In this document: in pieces, positions 52,341 to 64,000 of the stretch
How positions within the stretch are numbered: the first letter of the stretch is position 1
Layout: each line of letters begins with the position of its first letter
Source: Laetmonice hystrix
Taxonomy: Eukaryota
Length of the DNA stretch: 64,000 nucleotides
Assembly (NCBI GenBank): GCA_965235115.1
Contig: OZ249436.1
Location: 17,918,001 to 17,982,000, forward strand
Direction: 5' to 3'
Program-made: the position numbers and the translations under genes
The notes under the pieces: model-generated
Seen by the model: the letters and a program-made list of their open reading frames with translations, nothing else
Databases searched by the model: none
Told to the model about the DNA's origin: nothing

Positions 52341-53229
52341 TTCAAAGGTGAACCATGACTCACTACACTCGGTATCGATCTATATTTAACTGTGTCTTGT
52401 TCCTTCCATTGACGACGATGTCACTGAAAATGAATCCCGAAACATCCCAATCCTTAAAGATAACAACAACGTGTCCGAGCTAAGAACAAAGGGGTAATTT
52501 AATTAGAGACACCGACAGAAATAGACAGGCAGACAGACAGACAGACAGACAGACACAGAGAAAGACATTAGTAGGCCTAACACATCGTGGTAAACGGTAT
52601 ATTTTTGGAAGGGTCTCCTATTCTCCGTTGATTCCGTTGATTGTTTGTATAGGCATAAATAATTCGTAAATGACGCGTTTCTGCAGTCAGACTAATGACT
52701 TATTAAGAGTTATCAAGCCTCAACTTCCCATACGTCTCCCTGTGAAACACTCGCACGCTAAACGTTGGCCTTAAGACATTAAATCAGAGTGACCAGGGAG
52801 TGCCCCGGCTTCCCCTGACAACTGCCGCTAGGTGGCGGAGGCGGTCAGGAATGAGCCCAACTGTTGACGAGAAGCCGCACTCATTGTTGGCGACAGCTGG
52901 GTCATGTGACCACACGGCCGGGGTTACGGGGTCAACGGGGACCGCCGGATTTCCGGTCCACGTGGTCGTCGTCACGCGACCACTTTGTTGGGTGACGAGG
53001 CTCGGAATTCTCCGTCATATTCCGACTGTCAGAATGTGAGACTGAAAGCGGGGACGTGGGGGAGGAGTCTAGGCCTAGCAGTGGCGTCAGCCGGCGGGGC
53101 AGGGTCTGCTGATCTGAGGGGATCTAGATCTAATCTAGATGGTTTGACGTTGTGCTAACGCTCCGTCCGCCAGTGTCTCAAGGAACCGTCACCTAAGACT
53201 CCACCCATCATCTCAAATGGCGCTAGGAA

Positions 53230-53495
53230 CACTGGCATTAATGGCACCCATACACCCAGATGGCACAAATCACATACTACACTTGCACTAATGGCACCCA
53301 TACTCTCAGATGGCTCTAATCACACCCTACACTGGCACTAATGGCACCCATACTCCCAGGTGGCACCAATCACACACTACAGGGTGGGATGGCACCCACA
53401 CTCTCATATGGCACCAATCACACAGTACAAGGTGGGATGGCACCCACACTCTCATATGGCACCAATCACACAGTACAAGGTGGGATGGCACAAAT
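53230..53495. repeat. Degenerate ~48-bp repeat built from atggcacc subunits
   Basis: gatggcacccacactctcatatggcaccaatcacacagtacaaggtgg. Confidence 0.8.
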
Positions 53496-54294
53496 CCAAG
53501 TCGCAATCAGGGGTTGAGCCTAACCCGTGTTTTAGAATCTTACCAGCCCGCCATAAAACAAAGATGACGTCTTCCTAGAACAAAGAACAAGAAAACTAGG
53601 AGAGTGTCTTCCTCAATCCATTATTTACTAACAAGGCAGATGCCGGTCCCAGCTGGCCTGATAAAACAAAGCTGGTCGAGACTTGGACTGCTGAAAAAAG
53701 ATCAGCCACAAATACGATCCTTTTAACTTGTCATATCTCATAGCTTTCATCCACTAGCAGGGAGATCCTGGCGCTCATATGTCTCCTTGTTTCCTACTAA
53801 TGCTCAACGATTTATTGCCTGCACACTTGAATGATCATAATAGAATAATCCATAGAGATATTGCTTAAATATTTTAGACGATGAGTAGAGTATACGAGGC
53901 TGGCGGTACCGCGGTTTGAGATGTATTTTGGAATCAGTGTTGTCTTGGATATCAAGTTATTCTCAGTGATATGATAGTAATACCGGTACATTATGAAACC
54001 CGATATTTCTATCAAAGGGCTCGACTTCTCATCCTTTAAACCGAGTCCAATACAGAAAGGGCAGCTAAGAAGACACGAGTTGCATTATTAACTCGTTTTA
54101 CGCCAACATAAATAAGAATCTTTCAGTGATATTTTCCGAATGGTTAGAGAGAAAAAAACGAGACAAGTCGGCGACTCCACTGGTTCACGTCAAATGTACC
54201 AAGAAAAGCAATAGGCCAATAGTAAAAGTGCCATTGGTTGCATGCGAGGGTTGGGGTAAGAGAAAGACATAACTACTGTAGGCACGAAGATGTT

Positions 54295-55200
54295 CCTTTG
54301 AGTAGTATACAGGAATTGTTACTTAAAGCGGACAGGGAAAGCACTGAGTGGTATACAGAAATGGTTACTGAAAGCGGGCAGGGAGAGCACTAAGTAGTAT
54401 ACAGGAATGGTTACTGAAAGCGGGCAGGATACAGAAATGGTTGCTTAAAGCGGGCAGGGAGAGCACTAAGTAGTATACAGGAATGGTTACTGAAAGCGGG
54501 CAGGGAGAGCACTAAGTAGTATACAGGAATGGTTACTTAAAGCGGGTAGGATACAGAAATGGTTGCTTAAAGCGGGCAGGGAGAGCACTAAGTAGTATAC
54601 AGAAATGGTTACTGAAAGCGGGCAGGGAGAGCACTAAGTAGTATACAGGAATGGTTACTGAAAGCGGGCAGGGAGAGCACTAAGTAGTATACAGGAATGG
54701 TTATTTAAAGCGGGCAGGGAGAGCGCTAAGTAGTATACAGGAATGGTTACTTAAAGCGGGCAGGGAGAGCACTAAGTACTCTACAGGAATGGTTACTTAA
54801 AGCGGGTAGGATACAGAAATGGTTGCTTATAAAGCGGGCAGAGAGAGCACTAAGTAGCATGCAGGAATGGTTACTTAAAACGGGCACGGAGAGCACTAAG
54901 TAGTATACAGGAATGGTTACTTAAAGCGGGCAGGATACAGAAATGGTTGCTTAAAGCGGGCAGGGAGAGCACTGAGTAGTATACAGGAATGGTTATTTAA
55001 AGCGGACGGGGAGAGCACTAAGTAGTATACAGAAATGGTTGCTTAAAGCGGGCAGGGAGAGCACTAGTAGTATACAGGAATGGTTACTTAAAGGGGGCAG
55101 GATACAGAAATGGGTACTTAAAGCGGTCAGGGAGAGCACTAACTAGTATAATACAGGAATGGTTACTTAAACTGGGCAGGGAAATCACCAAATGGTATAC
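54295..55200. repeat. Minisatellite, 46-bp unit with interspersed ~30-bp deletion variant
   Basis: Unit aagtagtatacaggaatggttacttaaagcgggcagggagagcact. Confidence 0.95.
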
Positions 55201-55319
55201 ATAAATGCGTATTAAAAGCGTTCAGGCAGACAGCCAAGTCTAATGACAACATATAGGGGCGCTATCTTTTAACATACAGGTACAAAATATAAGGTAAAAT
55301 GTCAACACGTTGATGCTTG

Positions 55320-55395
55320 GTATATGACACCAAGTATTTAACAAAACACTTGGTATATCACACCAAGTATTTAACAAAACACTTGGTATATCACA
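55320..55395. repeat. ~33-bp repeat (x2.5) containing a hairpin
   Basis: acttggt-atatcac-accaagt. Confidence 0.8.
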
Positions 55396-55897
55396 CCAAG
55401 TATTTAACAAAACACAGCTCTTCCTCGAATGACCAGCTCCGAGGCCGGGTACTATCCTGCCTCCGGGTGGCCATCATAACGTATTAACTTACCTTGCCAT
55501 GTTTCCTCCCAGTAAATCACATATGGATTTATTCACTTATTGCCAGTCATTACCTCAGACCAGTGACCCTAGCCGCGGGGTTTTATGCGTTCGTTAGCAG
55601 TGTGTGAGGCCGAGCAGGCCCCGTGAATTAGACCCCGTCACGGGAGAATAATGAGTGGGGTAAGATATATCAAAACGGGGGTCATTCAATTACGGTTGCT
55701 GTGAAATACAATGACGAACTTTGTCATGTGAGTGGGTGTGTGCAGCCGGGTTGATCCATGGCTACCACGAGCATCACTCTGCGGTCACAGGCTGTGAAAA
55801 CAAGGGTTATTCTATCCTAGAGCGGGGATCATTAGGCTATACCAAGTGTGACCGGAGCATTGTGGATGAGACCAGTCATAAGGATCCGCGCCTTAAC

Positions 55898-56154
55898 NNN
55901 NNNNNNNNNNNNNNNNNNNNNNNNNNNNNNNNNNNNNNNNNNNNNNNNNNNNNNNNNNNNNNNNNNNNNNNNNNNNNNNNNNNNNNNNNNNNNNNNNNNN
56001 NNNNNNNNNNNNNNNNNNNNNNNNNNNNNNNNNNNNNNNNNNNNNNNNNNNNNNNNNNNNNNNNNNNNNNNNNNNNNNNNNNNNNNNNNNNNNNNNNNNN
56101 NNNNNNNNNNNNNNNNNNNNNNNNNNNNNNNNNNNNNNNNNNNNNNNNNNNNNN
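55898..56154. other. Assembly gap (N run)
   Basis: N characters. Confidence 1.
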
Positions 56155-56328
56155 CTCCTCAGAGACAGTAGACTTTAGACCGTGGGCAACCTGAGCCGAC
56201 AGGAATGAAGGAATGTTCAATATTTAATAGATCATGGACGAGACAAACAGAAGGTGCTCGTCATACTCAGTGTCAGCCCATTTAGGCGGGATGCTGGCTC
56301 ACAGATGACCTTCACCCTAGGTCATGAC

Positions 56329-56394
56329 CTTGGCATCGAGAACGGATCACGGAGAACGTCTTAGGACAGCCACGGCTGCGCAGAACTGTAGTTC
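56329..56394 (-). CDS. Candidate exon (internal or terminal), product unknown
   Basis: tttgttttctctgacag| acceptor; possible donor AAG|gtcatg. Confidence 0.25.
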
Positions 56395-56932
56395 CTGTCA
56401 GAGAAAACAAAGAGCTTCTTGGAATTCATATCCTCAAGAGTTCCGTACTTCGTTGACATTAATATATTTTTACTAAGTGAGATGTAGACAACATTGACGC
56501 TCTCCATCGACAATTAGAGCCCCGTCGTACCCAGGTGGAGAGAAGAGATTTCAAAGTAGATTCCTACTCGGCACCGCTGTTCATGCCAGGTAATGTGAAT
56601 CTAAGTCCTCATTAGATTCACACATTAATTATCAACCAACTGCAACCAATTAATATTGAGACTCTTCAATTAGAACATGTACCAGAACAATGACAGTCGG
56701 ACTAAGAAAGTGCCATGATGGATATATGCCCAGAAGCTTTCTCCCGCCACGCTATGGAAGATATCTAGGCTCCGTACTGAACTGAAACCCAAACTTGACA
56801 CTCAATGCGGAACCTACTTGATCCAACCCTGGGATTATAGTCTTTCCGTATCTTTCTCTGCCCATTTTTTGTATGCCGTGTCATGTCGTTTTTGTATAAT
56901 CTCCAGTTTTTTCCACCTTCTCGTGATTGCAG

Positions 56933-57050
56933 CCAAGTCCGTGGTTGTCCGCCCACACTCCACAAGTACACCCCCACATGAAAGCGTCCATGCCAGTGTG
57001 TTGTTAATTGCCCTCACCTTCTTGGCCGTGACTGCTGATACCCCAGTGGG
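56933..57050 (+). CDS. Candidate internal exon KSVVVRPHSTSTPPHESVHASVLLIALTFLAVTADTPV with a hydrophobic stretch
   Basis: Pyrimidine-rich acceptor ...gattgcag|, donor GGG|gtgagt; one frame open. Confidence 0.35.
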
Positions 57051-57244
57051 GTGAGTTAAGGAGGGTATACCACTATGGTGGAGGGCGGGGTGCCAAGACT
57101 AACATCTGTCTTCAACGCCACTACTGCTTAAATTTCTTAACGCACATCAATTAAATTTTATCATGATTGTATGCAGCACGTTGGTCTCTATCAATGAAAA
57201 CTTTGAGAAGTGCTATCGTTGCTTGCGGCCTAATGAACACGACC

Positions 57245-57248
<4 letters not shown>

Positions 57249-57286
<38 letters not shown>
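57249..57286. repeat. (GA)n microsatellite
   Basis: Direct reading. Confidence 0.95.
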
Positions 57287-57290
<4 letters not shown>

Positions 57291-58204
57291 CTTAGATTCA
57301 TACTACGGAAAGGATGAATGCATGCAGGCAGCTGCGCGAGAGGCCTGTTAAATTGGGAAAATATCTGAATGAAAATTAATTGCGTTACCCGAACGGCTGT
57401 GATTCCTGGACAAAATAAAAACGTTTAAAAAACATTGACGACCACCTAGATCTAAGAAGGCATCCCGTTTCACAGGTGGTTGGAAACTGCCGGCACACAC
57501 TTGATCCACGCTTTGTTTTCGGACAGTTAACACGGGAAGGCGGGTTGGGTGCCGCGCGGCGTACCGCATTCATCACGGCAGGAGGCGGGCTGGAGTTTAA
57601 CCATCAGTCAGGGCGGATTGTGAGACGGGGCCTCACTCTATTCAATGGCATGAACATTTCTCAGGCATTATTACTGGCACTGCTCATTAGCTGTAATTAA
57701 TCATTTTGTTAATTGAGTCCTCCTAGCGTCCCAGCTTTGTTCCAGTTGTTCCACGTGGAAATTCAAAGAGATCAGGCAGTTTGTCGGAGAGAGAAAATAC
57801 CCGAATGTCATCTGTGATCATCCTACTGTCTCCACGGTAGGGTCGTTTGAGATAGCCAGGTATTTAACTCAACTATCAGAGTTTAACGAAGCCAGGGTGA
57901 CATGTCCTGACGAGCGGGAGGGTGGGGTAAACGAGGGGGGGGGGTAACGAGGTGTTCCGCCATAGCAGCGTCCCGGAATGGTGCGCCGTCTAGTGGCAGT
58001 CACAGAATCCTCATTGTCGTCTAATTTACGGGCGGATATTTCGCCAACGACAGACGCCCTCGCGGTCGCTGATTGGTGCTGTACGATCGACCGGAAGGTA
58101 ACCTTTGACCTTGTAGGTAGTGATGATTGGATAAGGTTTGTTTCTGGTCGTCCCTTTCATCGGTAGACGTATATTGGAACTTTCAATCAGCTATATTCAA
58201 AAAA

Positions 58205-58378
58205 ACAAGGAGAGGGGAGAGAGGGAAAGAAAGCGAAATAGAGAGATAGAGAGAGAGAGGAGAGACAAAGCGCGATAGAGACAGAGCGCCGAGAGAGATA
58301 GAGGGAGATAGAGAGAGAGGAGAGGGAGAGAAAGCGATAAAGAGAGCAAGAGAGAGTAGAGAGAGGAGGGAGAGACGT
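58205..58378. repeat. Degenerate GA-rich low-complexity tract
   Basis: Direct reading. Confidence 0.85.
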
Positions 58379-58759
58379 AACGAAAAATTCAAAGACGCTT
58401 ATTATGTGTACTTACTTCCGGCCCACGCCCCATGCGTCAGGAGACACAAATCGTCATTATATTTTGTGTTCATTGTGTCAAAATAAACTATTACATCATC
58501 ATTATTGACCCATGTTGTCAGCACTGTATACATATAAATCATGACGTCATCCTTGTGCACACATCATGAAGACTCTCTGTCAATACGGGCACGTAATGAC
58601 TGTCTGCAGGTCTGGCGATGGGGGCCGCACACTGAGTGGTGTACTGGGAAAATTGGTACACTACCAAACTCCGCTTTCAGCATCAACATCAGCATCAATA
58701 ACAACATCGTCATATAGCCTAAGCATCAACATCAGCATCAATAACAACATCAACCAAGA

Positions 58760-59090
58760 CTGAAGGGGGTCAACCTCTTCCGGTCACTGAAGGGGGTAAA
58801 CTCCTACCCTCACCCGGACACTGAAGGAGGTAAACTCCTACCTTCGTCCGGACACTGAAGAGGGTAAACTCCTACACTCACCCGGACACTGAACTCCTAC
58901 CCTCACCCGGACACTGAAGGGGTAAACTCCAACCCTCGCCCGGACACTGAAGGGGGGGGGGTGAACTCCTACCCTCGCCCGAACACTAAAGGGGGTAAAC
59001 TCCTACACTCACCCGGACACTGAACTCCTACCCTCACCCGGACACTGAAGGGGTAAACTCCAACCCTCACCCGGACACTGAAAGGTGAAC
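58760..59090. repeat. Irregular ~34-bp minisatellite
   Basis: cactgaaggaggtaaactcctaccctcacccgga with deletion variants. Confidence 0.9.
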
Positions 59091-59230
59091 CCCCCCCCCC
59101 TCCTCAGTATTAAACAGAATCTCCAGGATGTTCCGATAGTTTTGGCTCTCATTCGTTGGGAAAAAAACCATGAAGAATTCTGCGCCTGTTTAAATTTGAT
59201 CAAGGTCACCATGGTACTGACCTGTGTAAC

Positions 59231-59594
59231 TTTTGCCCACATACGTCAGTGACCTGAGTCAGCTGTCTAACCCCAACCTTTGCCCACCTACGTCAGTGAC
59301 CTGAGTCAGCTGTCTAACCCCAACCTTTGCCCACCTACGTCTGTGACCTGAGTCAGCTGTCTAACCCCAACCTTTGCCCACCTACGTCTGTGACCTGAGT
59401 CAGCTGTCTAACCCCAACCTTTGCCCACCTATGTCTGTGACCTGAGTCAGCTGTCTAACCCCAACCTTTGCCCACCTATGTCTGTGACCTGAGTCAGCTG
59501 TCTAACCCCAACCTTTGCCCACCTACGTCTGTGACCTGAGTCAGCTGTCTAACCCCAACCTTTGCCCACCTACGTCAGTGACCTGAGTCAGCTG
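59231..59594. repeat. Minisatellite, 47-bp unit, ~7.5 copies
   Basis: Unit ctttgcccacctacgtc(a/t)gtgacctgagtcagctgtctaaccccaac. Confidence 0.96.
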
Positions 59595-59837
59595 TGTACA
59601 CTCGCCTTATTGTCATGTCATGCTTACTTTTGAAATTAGAGCAGTTTTCATGTGACTACTACATAAGTCATTATCCTGGCTTCAATAAGGCAGAGGAAAT
59701 TGGAATGACAATGTAAGTCATGCCCCGGGATTGGTTCAATCTAATGTGACACAAACTATGACTATATGGGCGTAACATTATAATAGGCAGAGATTGGAAA
59801 CGTTTTCTCTAAACATTTTCTCTTATCATCCGACACG

Positions 59838-60328
59838 GCCTTGTCCTAACCCTAACCTTTACCACCATTTCTCTAACCGTCTGACAGGGCCTTGTCCCAA
59901 TCCTAACCTTTACCGCCATTTCTCTAACCGTCTGATAGGGCCTTGTCCTAACCCTAACCTTTACCGCCATTTCTCTATCCCTCTGACAGGCCTTGTCCTG
60001 ACTCTAACCTTGACCACCATTTCTCTAACCGTCTAACAGGGCCTTGTCCTAACCCTAACCTTGACCGCTATTTCTCTAACCGTCTGACAGGGCCTTGTCC
60101 TAACCCTAACCTTTACCGCCATTTCTCTAACCGTCTGACAGGGCCTTGTCCTAACCCTAACCTTTACCGCCATTTCTCTAACCGTGCGACAGGGCCTTGT
60201 CCTAACTCTAACCTTGACCGCCATTTCTCTAACCGTCTAACAGGGCCTTGTCCTAACTCTAACCTTGACCGCCATTTCTCTAACCGTCTGTCAGGGCCTT
60301 GTCCTAACCCTAACCTTTACCGCCATTT
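59838..60328. repeat. Minisatellite, 51-bp unit containing CCTAACCCTAACC, ~9.5 copies
   Basis: Unit ccttgtcctaaccctaacctttaccgccatttctctaaccgtctgacaggg. Confidence 0.96.
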
Positions 60329-60852
60329 CGTGGGAATAATTCAGGAAATTCACCCAGCTTGAGAGAGAGGGGGCAGTGAGTAAGTGTAAAAAAAGAGAGA
60401 GTGTAATGAAAGAAAAAAGCTGCCATATTTCAGTGTGTTAAGTGAGTACAGAGTACATGTAGGCCTACATGAAGGAGGCCTTTACGTCACTGCCAGTCAA
60501 TTGTTGGCCACGCCCAATCACAGGTGTGAGTGACCGTGAGTCATTGAGTCAATCGACAGTTGAGGGGTGTGTGCCCTCAGTCCGTGTTGTCCAACAGGTG
60601 TGTGTTCTAGAGGAAACGGGTGATACTGCCCTCATCCCCCCAGCCCCCTGACGGATCCTATCAATCGCTCCGGGCCCCAGCCCCAAGCGTCCCCACACCT
60701 CCACTCCCCAGTCCCCGGCCCTCAGCCCATCTCGTCTCTCCCAAGCCCCATCCTCGGCTCCCAGCCCCTGGCCTTCGCCCCCCCCCCCCCCCCCCCCAGG
60801 CATAGGCCCCAACCCCTGGCCCTCAGCAGAGCGTCTCCCTCAGGCCCATCGC

Positions 60853-60975
60853 GGAGTGCGCCCATAGCCCAGTTTGTCCCGGCAGAGTGCGCCCATAGCC
60901 CAGTTTGTCCCGGCAGAGTGCGCCCAGAGCCCAGTTTGTCCCGGCAGAGTGCGCCTAGAGCCCAGTTTGTCCGTT
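60853..60975. repeat. 31-bp tandem repeat, 4 copies
   Basis: gagtgcgcccatagcccagtttgtcccggca. Confidence 0.9.
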
Positions 60976-61640
60976 TTGAGTCGGTGTGATCCCCTCCCCC
61001 GACAATAATCACAAATATTTCCAGCTTCCCTCTCCACGCTCGTGTAACGTGCACTTCCATTCCGATCTAAACTGGGATATAAACGGCCAGCTTGTGTCCC
61101 AGCCCGCTCGCAGCCATGCTCAACCCTCTTTGTCCCGAGAATGTTTTCATAAAATGTCATCTCGCAATGACTGTGTGCATGACAACATCCCAATCTTGCC
61201 ATGAATTGAGCATGCAATTTGAACTCGGACGAGCAAGTGTTGGGAACAATATCATGGAACCACGGACGTATTCGAGGCCAAACCTGTCAATCTGCTCAGT
61301 GTTGGTCCCCTGAATTACATCCATTGCTCTCCGTCTATACCTGTCACTATGTCAGAGTGTATCTAATTCTAGAACCTCTGCCGCCAGCCACGTCAGGTTA
61401 CAGAGTACAACCTTGGCCACCGTATGACGTCCACTTCAAATGACCAGCGGGGGGGCTGCATGCAGTAACAGTCCTAGAAGCGAATTGAGTTTAGGACCAA
61501 TCTTTAGCCTTCATTAAAACAGTTTGTATTTATTACCTCGTTTAGTTAAAAGACACAGAAATTAAAGAGAAAATTATAACCTTCATCATTCGTCTTGGAG
61601 AATATTAATGTTGCCCAGTCCTACGTAGGACCAGTCCTAA

Positions 61641-61871
61641 GGGGCGGACCATTTGATACGTGGGGTGGGCTATGGTTTTTTGTGGGGTTTTCTTTGAGGG
61701 GGGATCTGTGCACCAAACTACATCAAATCAAATATGTAAAAAAAATATATAGTATAGTCGAAATGGGGGGGGGGGATTGGTCATCGCAAAAAATAGCTTT
61801 GGCCTGGGGGCAAAAACAAGTTTGCTCATTAAGAAAAACCATACCCCCCCCCGTATCAAATGATTCGCCCC
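61641..61871. mobile_element. PIF/Harbinger-like MITE, 231 bp
   Basis: TIR GGGGCG(G/A)A(C/T)CATTTGATACG; TAA at 61638-61640 and 61872-61874. Confidence 0.75.
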
Positions 61872-62066
61872 TAACGTTATTGCAACGCCCCCAGCAGGTC
61901 CAAGAATGTAACCACGTTAATCAAAGTTTCGACACTGTACCGACTCTCAGCGTTTTATGAAACTGTACAAAGCTCTTCACCTATCAGAATAATGAGATGA
62001 CATTGTCAGCCGCTCTATCTGAGCTATCTATGAGGTCAGATATCTAAATCATGTTGACGTGTCAAA

Positions 62067-62633
62067 ACATGAATGGTTTTCTAAGTGTCACTGAAGATCT
62101 TTAGATGCCAGGTTGACCGAGGTGGGAACACATGAATGGTTTTCTAAGTGTCACTGAAGATCTTTAGATGCCAGGTTGACCGAGGTGGGAACACATGAAT
62201 GGTTTTCTAAGTGTCACTGAAGATCTTTAGATGACAGGTTGACCGAGGTGGGAACACATGAATGGTTTTCTAAGTGTCACTGAAGATCTTTAGATGCCAG
62301 GTTGACCGAGGTGGGAACACATGAATGGTTTTCTAAGTGTCACTGAAGATCTTTAGATGCCAGGTTGACCGAGGTGGAAACACATGAATGGTTTTCTAAG
62401 TGTCACTGAAGATCTTTAGATGCCAGGTTGACCGAGGTGGGAACACATGAATGGTTTTCTAAGTGTCACTGAAGATCTTTAGATGCCAGGTTGACCGAGG
62501 TGGGAACACATGAATGGTTTTCTAAGTGTCACTGAAGATCTTTAGATGCCAGGTTGACCGAGGTGGGAACACATGAATGGTTTTCTAAGTGTCACTGAAG
62601 ATCTTTAGATGCCAGGTTGACCGAGGTGGGAAC
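62067..62633. repeat. Minisatellite, 63-bp unit, 9 near-identical copies
   Basis: Unit acatgaatggttttctaagtgtcactgaagatctttagatgccaggttgaccgaggtgggaac. Confidence 0.98.
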
Positions 62634-62688
62634 GGCTACCTATGTGGTGGTAGTGATATACCTTTACTTGTATTTATTTCATCTACAG

Positions 62689-62721
62689 CGACCTGATACC
62701 ACAGACCGAGTGATGGACTAA
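62689..62721 (+). CDS. Candidate short terminal exon
   Basis: Strong acceptor tttatttcatctacag|; all frames stop within 33 bp. Confidence 0.2.
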   Translation, partial: RPDTTDRVMD

Positions 62722-62739
62722 GCTGGAGTGACGAGCTCC

Positions 62740-62935
62740 ATGATACAGAGATACAGGATACCGTGATACAGGATACAGGATACAAGATACCGTGATACAG
62801 GAGACAGTGATACAGAACGCATTGGTACAGGAGACGGTGATACAGGATATAGGAGATAGATACAGGATGCATTGATACAGGAAACATTGATACAGTGACA
62901 CGATACACGATACAGTGATAGACGAGACAGGGATA
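62740..62935. repeat. Degenerate (GATACAG)-based repeat
   Basis: Explains the Ser/Cys/Ile-rich minus-strand ORFs at 62636-63138. Confidence 0.85.
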
Positions 62936-64000
62936 CACTGAGACTCATCTAGTGACGGGCTCCATCCCACACTGTTACATAGAACTTTCCCACATGATAT
63001 ATTGGTAGTGAGGCAGCCACTGTGGCTGGTTCTTCCATAACCTATGTCTACTGTATTTATTTCTAATGGCACGACCACAATGTGGTACGTACGAATGCTC
63101 TTCCAGCCGGTTCTACGATCACTTCCGACCAACAACATTTATATTTTTTGTATTTGCTAGTGAATTCACCAATACTTGCGTTGTAAGATCTCATCCATAT
63201 CACCATTGCGGACACATTCCTGTATGAGCAATGTTACATGTGCCGACAGCTGGCCATAATTGGGAACTGTTTGACAACACATTCTACCCACGAGGCCACA
63301 CTTTGTTTACTCTTGGATTTACGGGCCCGCCGAAATGGGGAAAAGCAAAAGTAGAACAAAAAATGAAAAAAAAACACGTTTATTCCTGCTGAACTTCCTG
63401 ATGTGCCAGTCAGAACACACAGAAAAAAATAAACAGTTCTTTAATTCTGCCCACATCAGCTGGCGTAAATAACTGCATGTTAGACTTTACTTGCTTTTAC
63501 GTTTTACAAATTGGAACTGGAAGCCTACCACACAATCTGCTTCCAACTCGTTTGCCATTCCCCGGTCTCTTTGCCTATTATAGCCTAGTACTCTAGGCCT
63601 AGGCCAGGGAGCATCTAGGCCATAACCAGAAATCAATATTAAGGCCCCAGGATCCCTATGGCGGGTGTTAAGTGTATTACAAGTTTAGCCTTTAGATGTG
63701 CAGATTTTTTCCTCTGACATGTTAACTATCAAAAGTAAAGCGTGAGGAAATTATTTTTTATTTTTATTTCGTCCACCGTACTTTGGGTAACTTTGCAGGG
63801 TGCCCGTAAACCAAACAATAAAAAAGTATGGCCTGAGCATGGACAATTAAATGGAGGAATGAAATATATGTCGACATAACTGAATGGTCAGGACGGCCTG
63901 CATAACAGTACTACCAAATACACATTTTTATACCTTTGTCATGTATTCTAAATCAGCTGCATGATAGCATTCAACATGAAATAAAGTGGTCCCCAAAAAA

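Noticed and set aside
58611-58710. In-frame TGA read as possible selenocysteine (GLAMGAAH*VVYWENWY)
   Set aside because: No selenoprotein motif or SECIS recognised; another frame is open without recoding
25432-62633. CRISPR interpretation of the regular arrays
   Set aside because: Units are head-to-tail with no unique spacers, there are no cas genes, and the context is eukaryotic

Overview
Eukaryotic genomic DNA, probably from an invertebrate animal. This is inferred from GT-AG splice signals around tiny exons, TTAGGG-like tracts and MITEs; there is no operon structure. The window has four N gaps. About a third of it (~21 kb, summed by eye) is more than 35 separate minisatellite arrays, most with ~29-63 bp units. 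Their units look mutually unrelated, and many arrays end just before or after candidate splice sites. Nearly all long ORFs in the ORF track are repeat read-through. No protein could be named: only short candidate exons were found, including one phase-consistent three-exon chain on the minus strand at 16.6-18.1 kb. Several non-autonomous DNA transposons have clear ends: two TTAA-flanked Kolobok-like elements, hAT-like elements with 8-bp TSDs and a Harbinger-like element with a TAA TSD. The best-supported unusual structure is a two-hairpin dispersed element present twice. The copy at ~41.0-41.5 kb is intact; the copy at ~8.65-9.98 kb is split by the two TTAA insertions, so the intact copy shows both empty sites.
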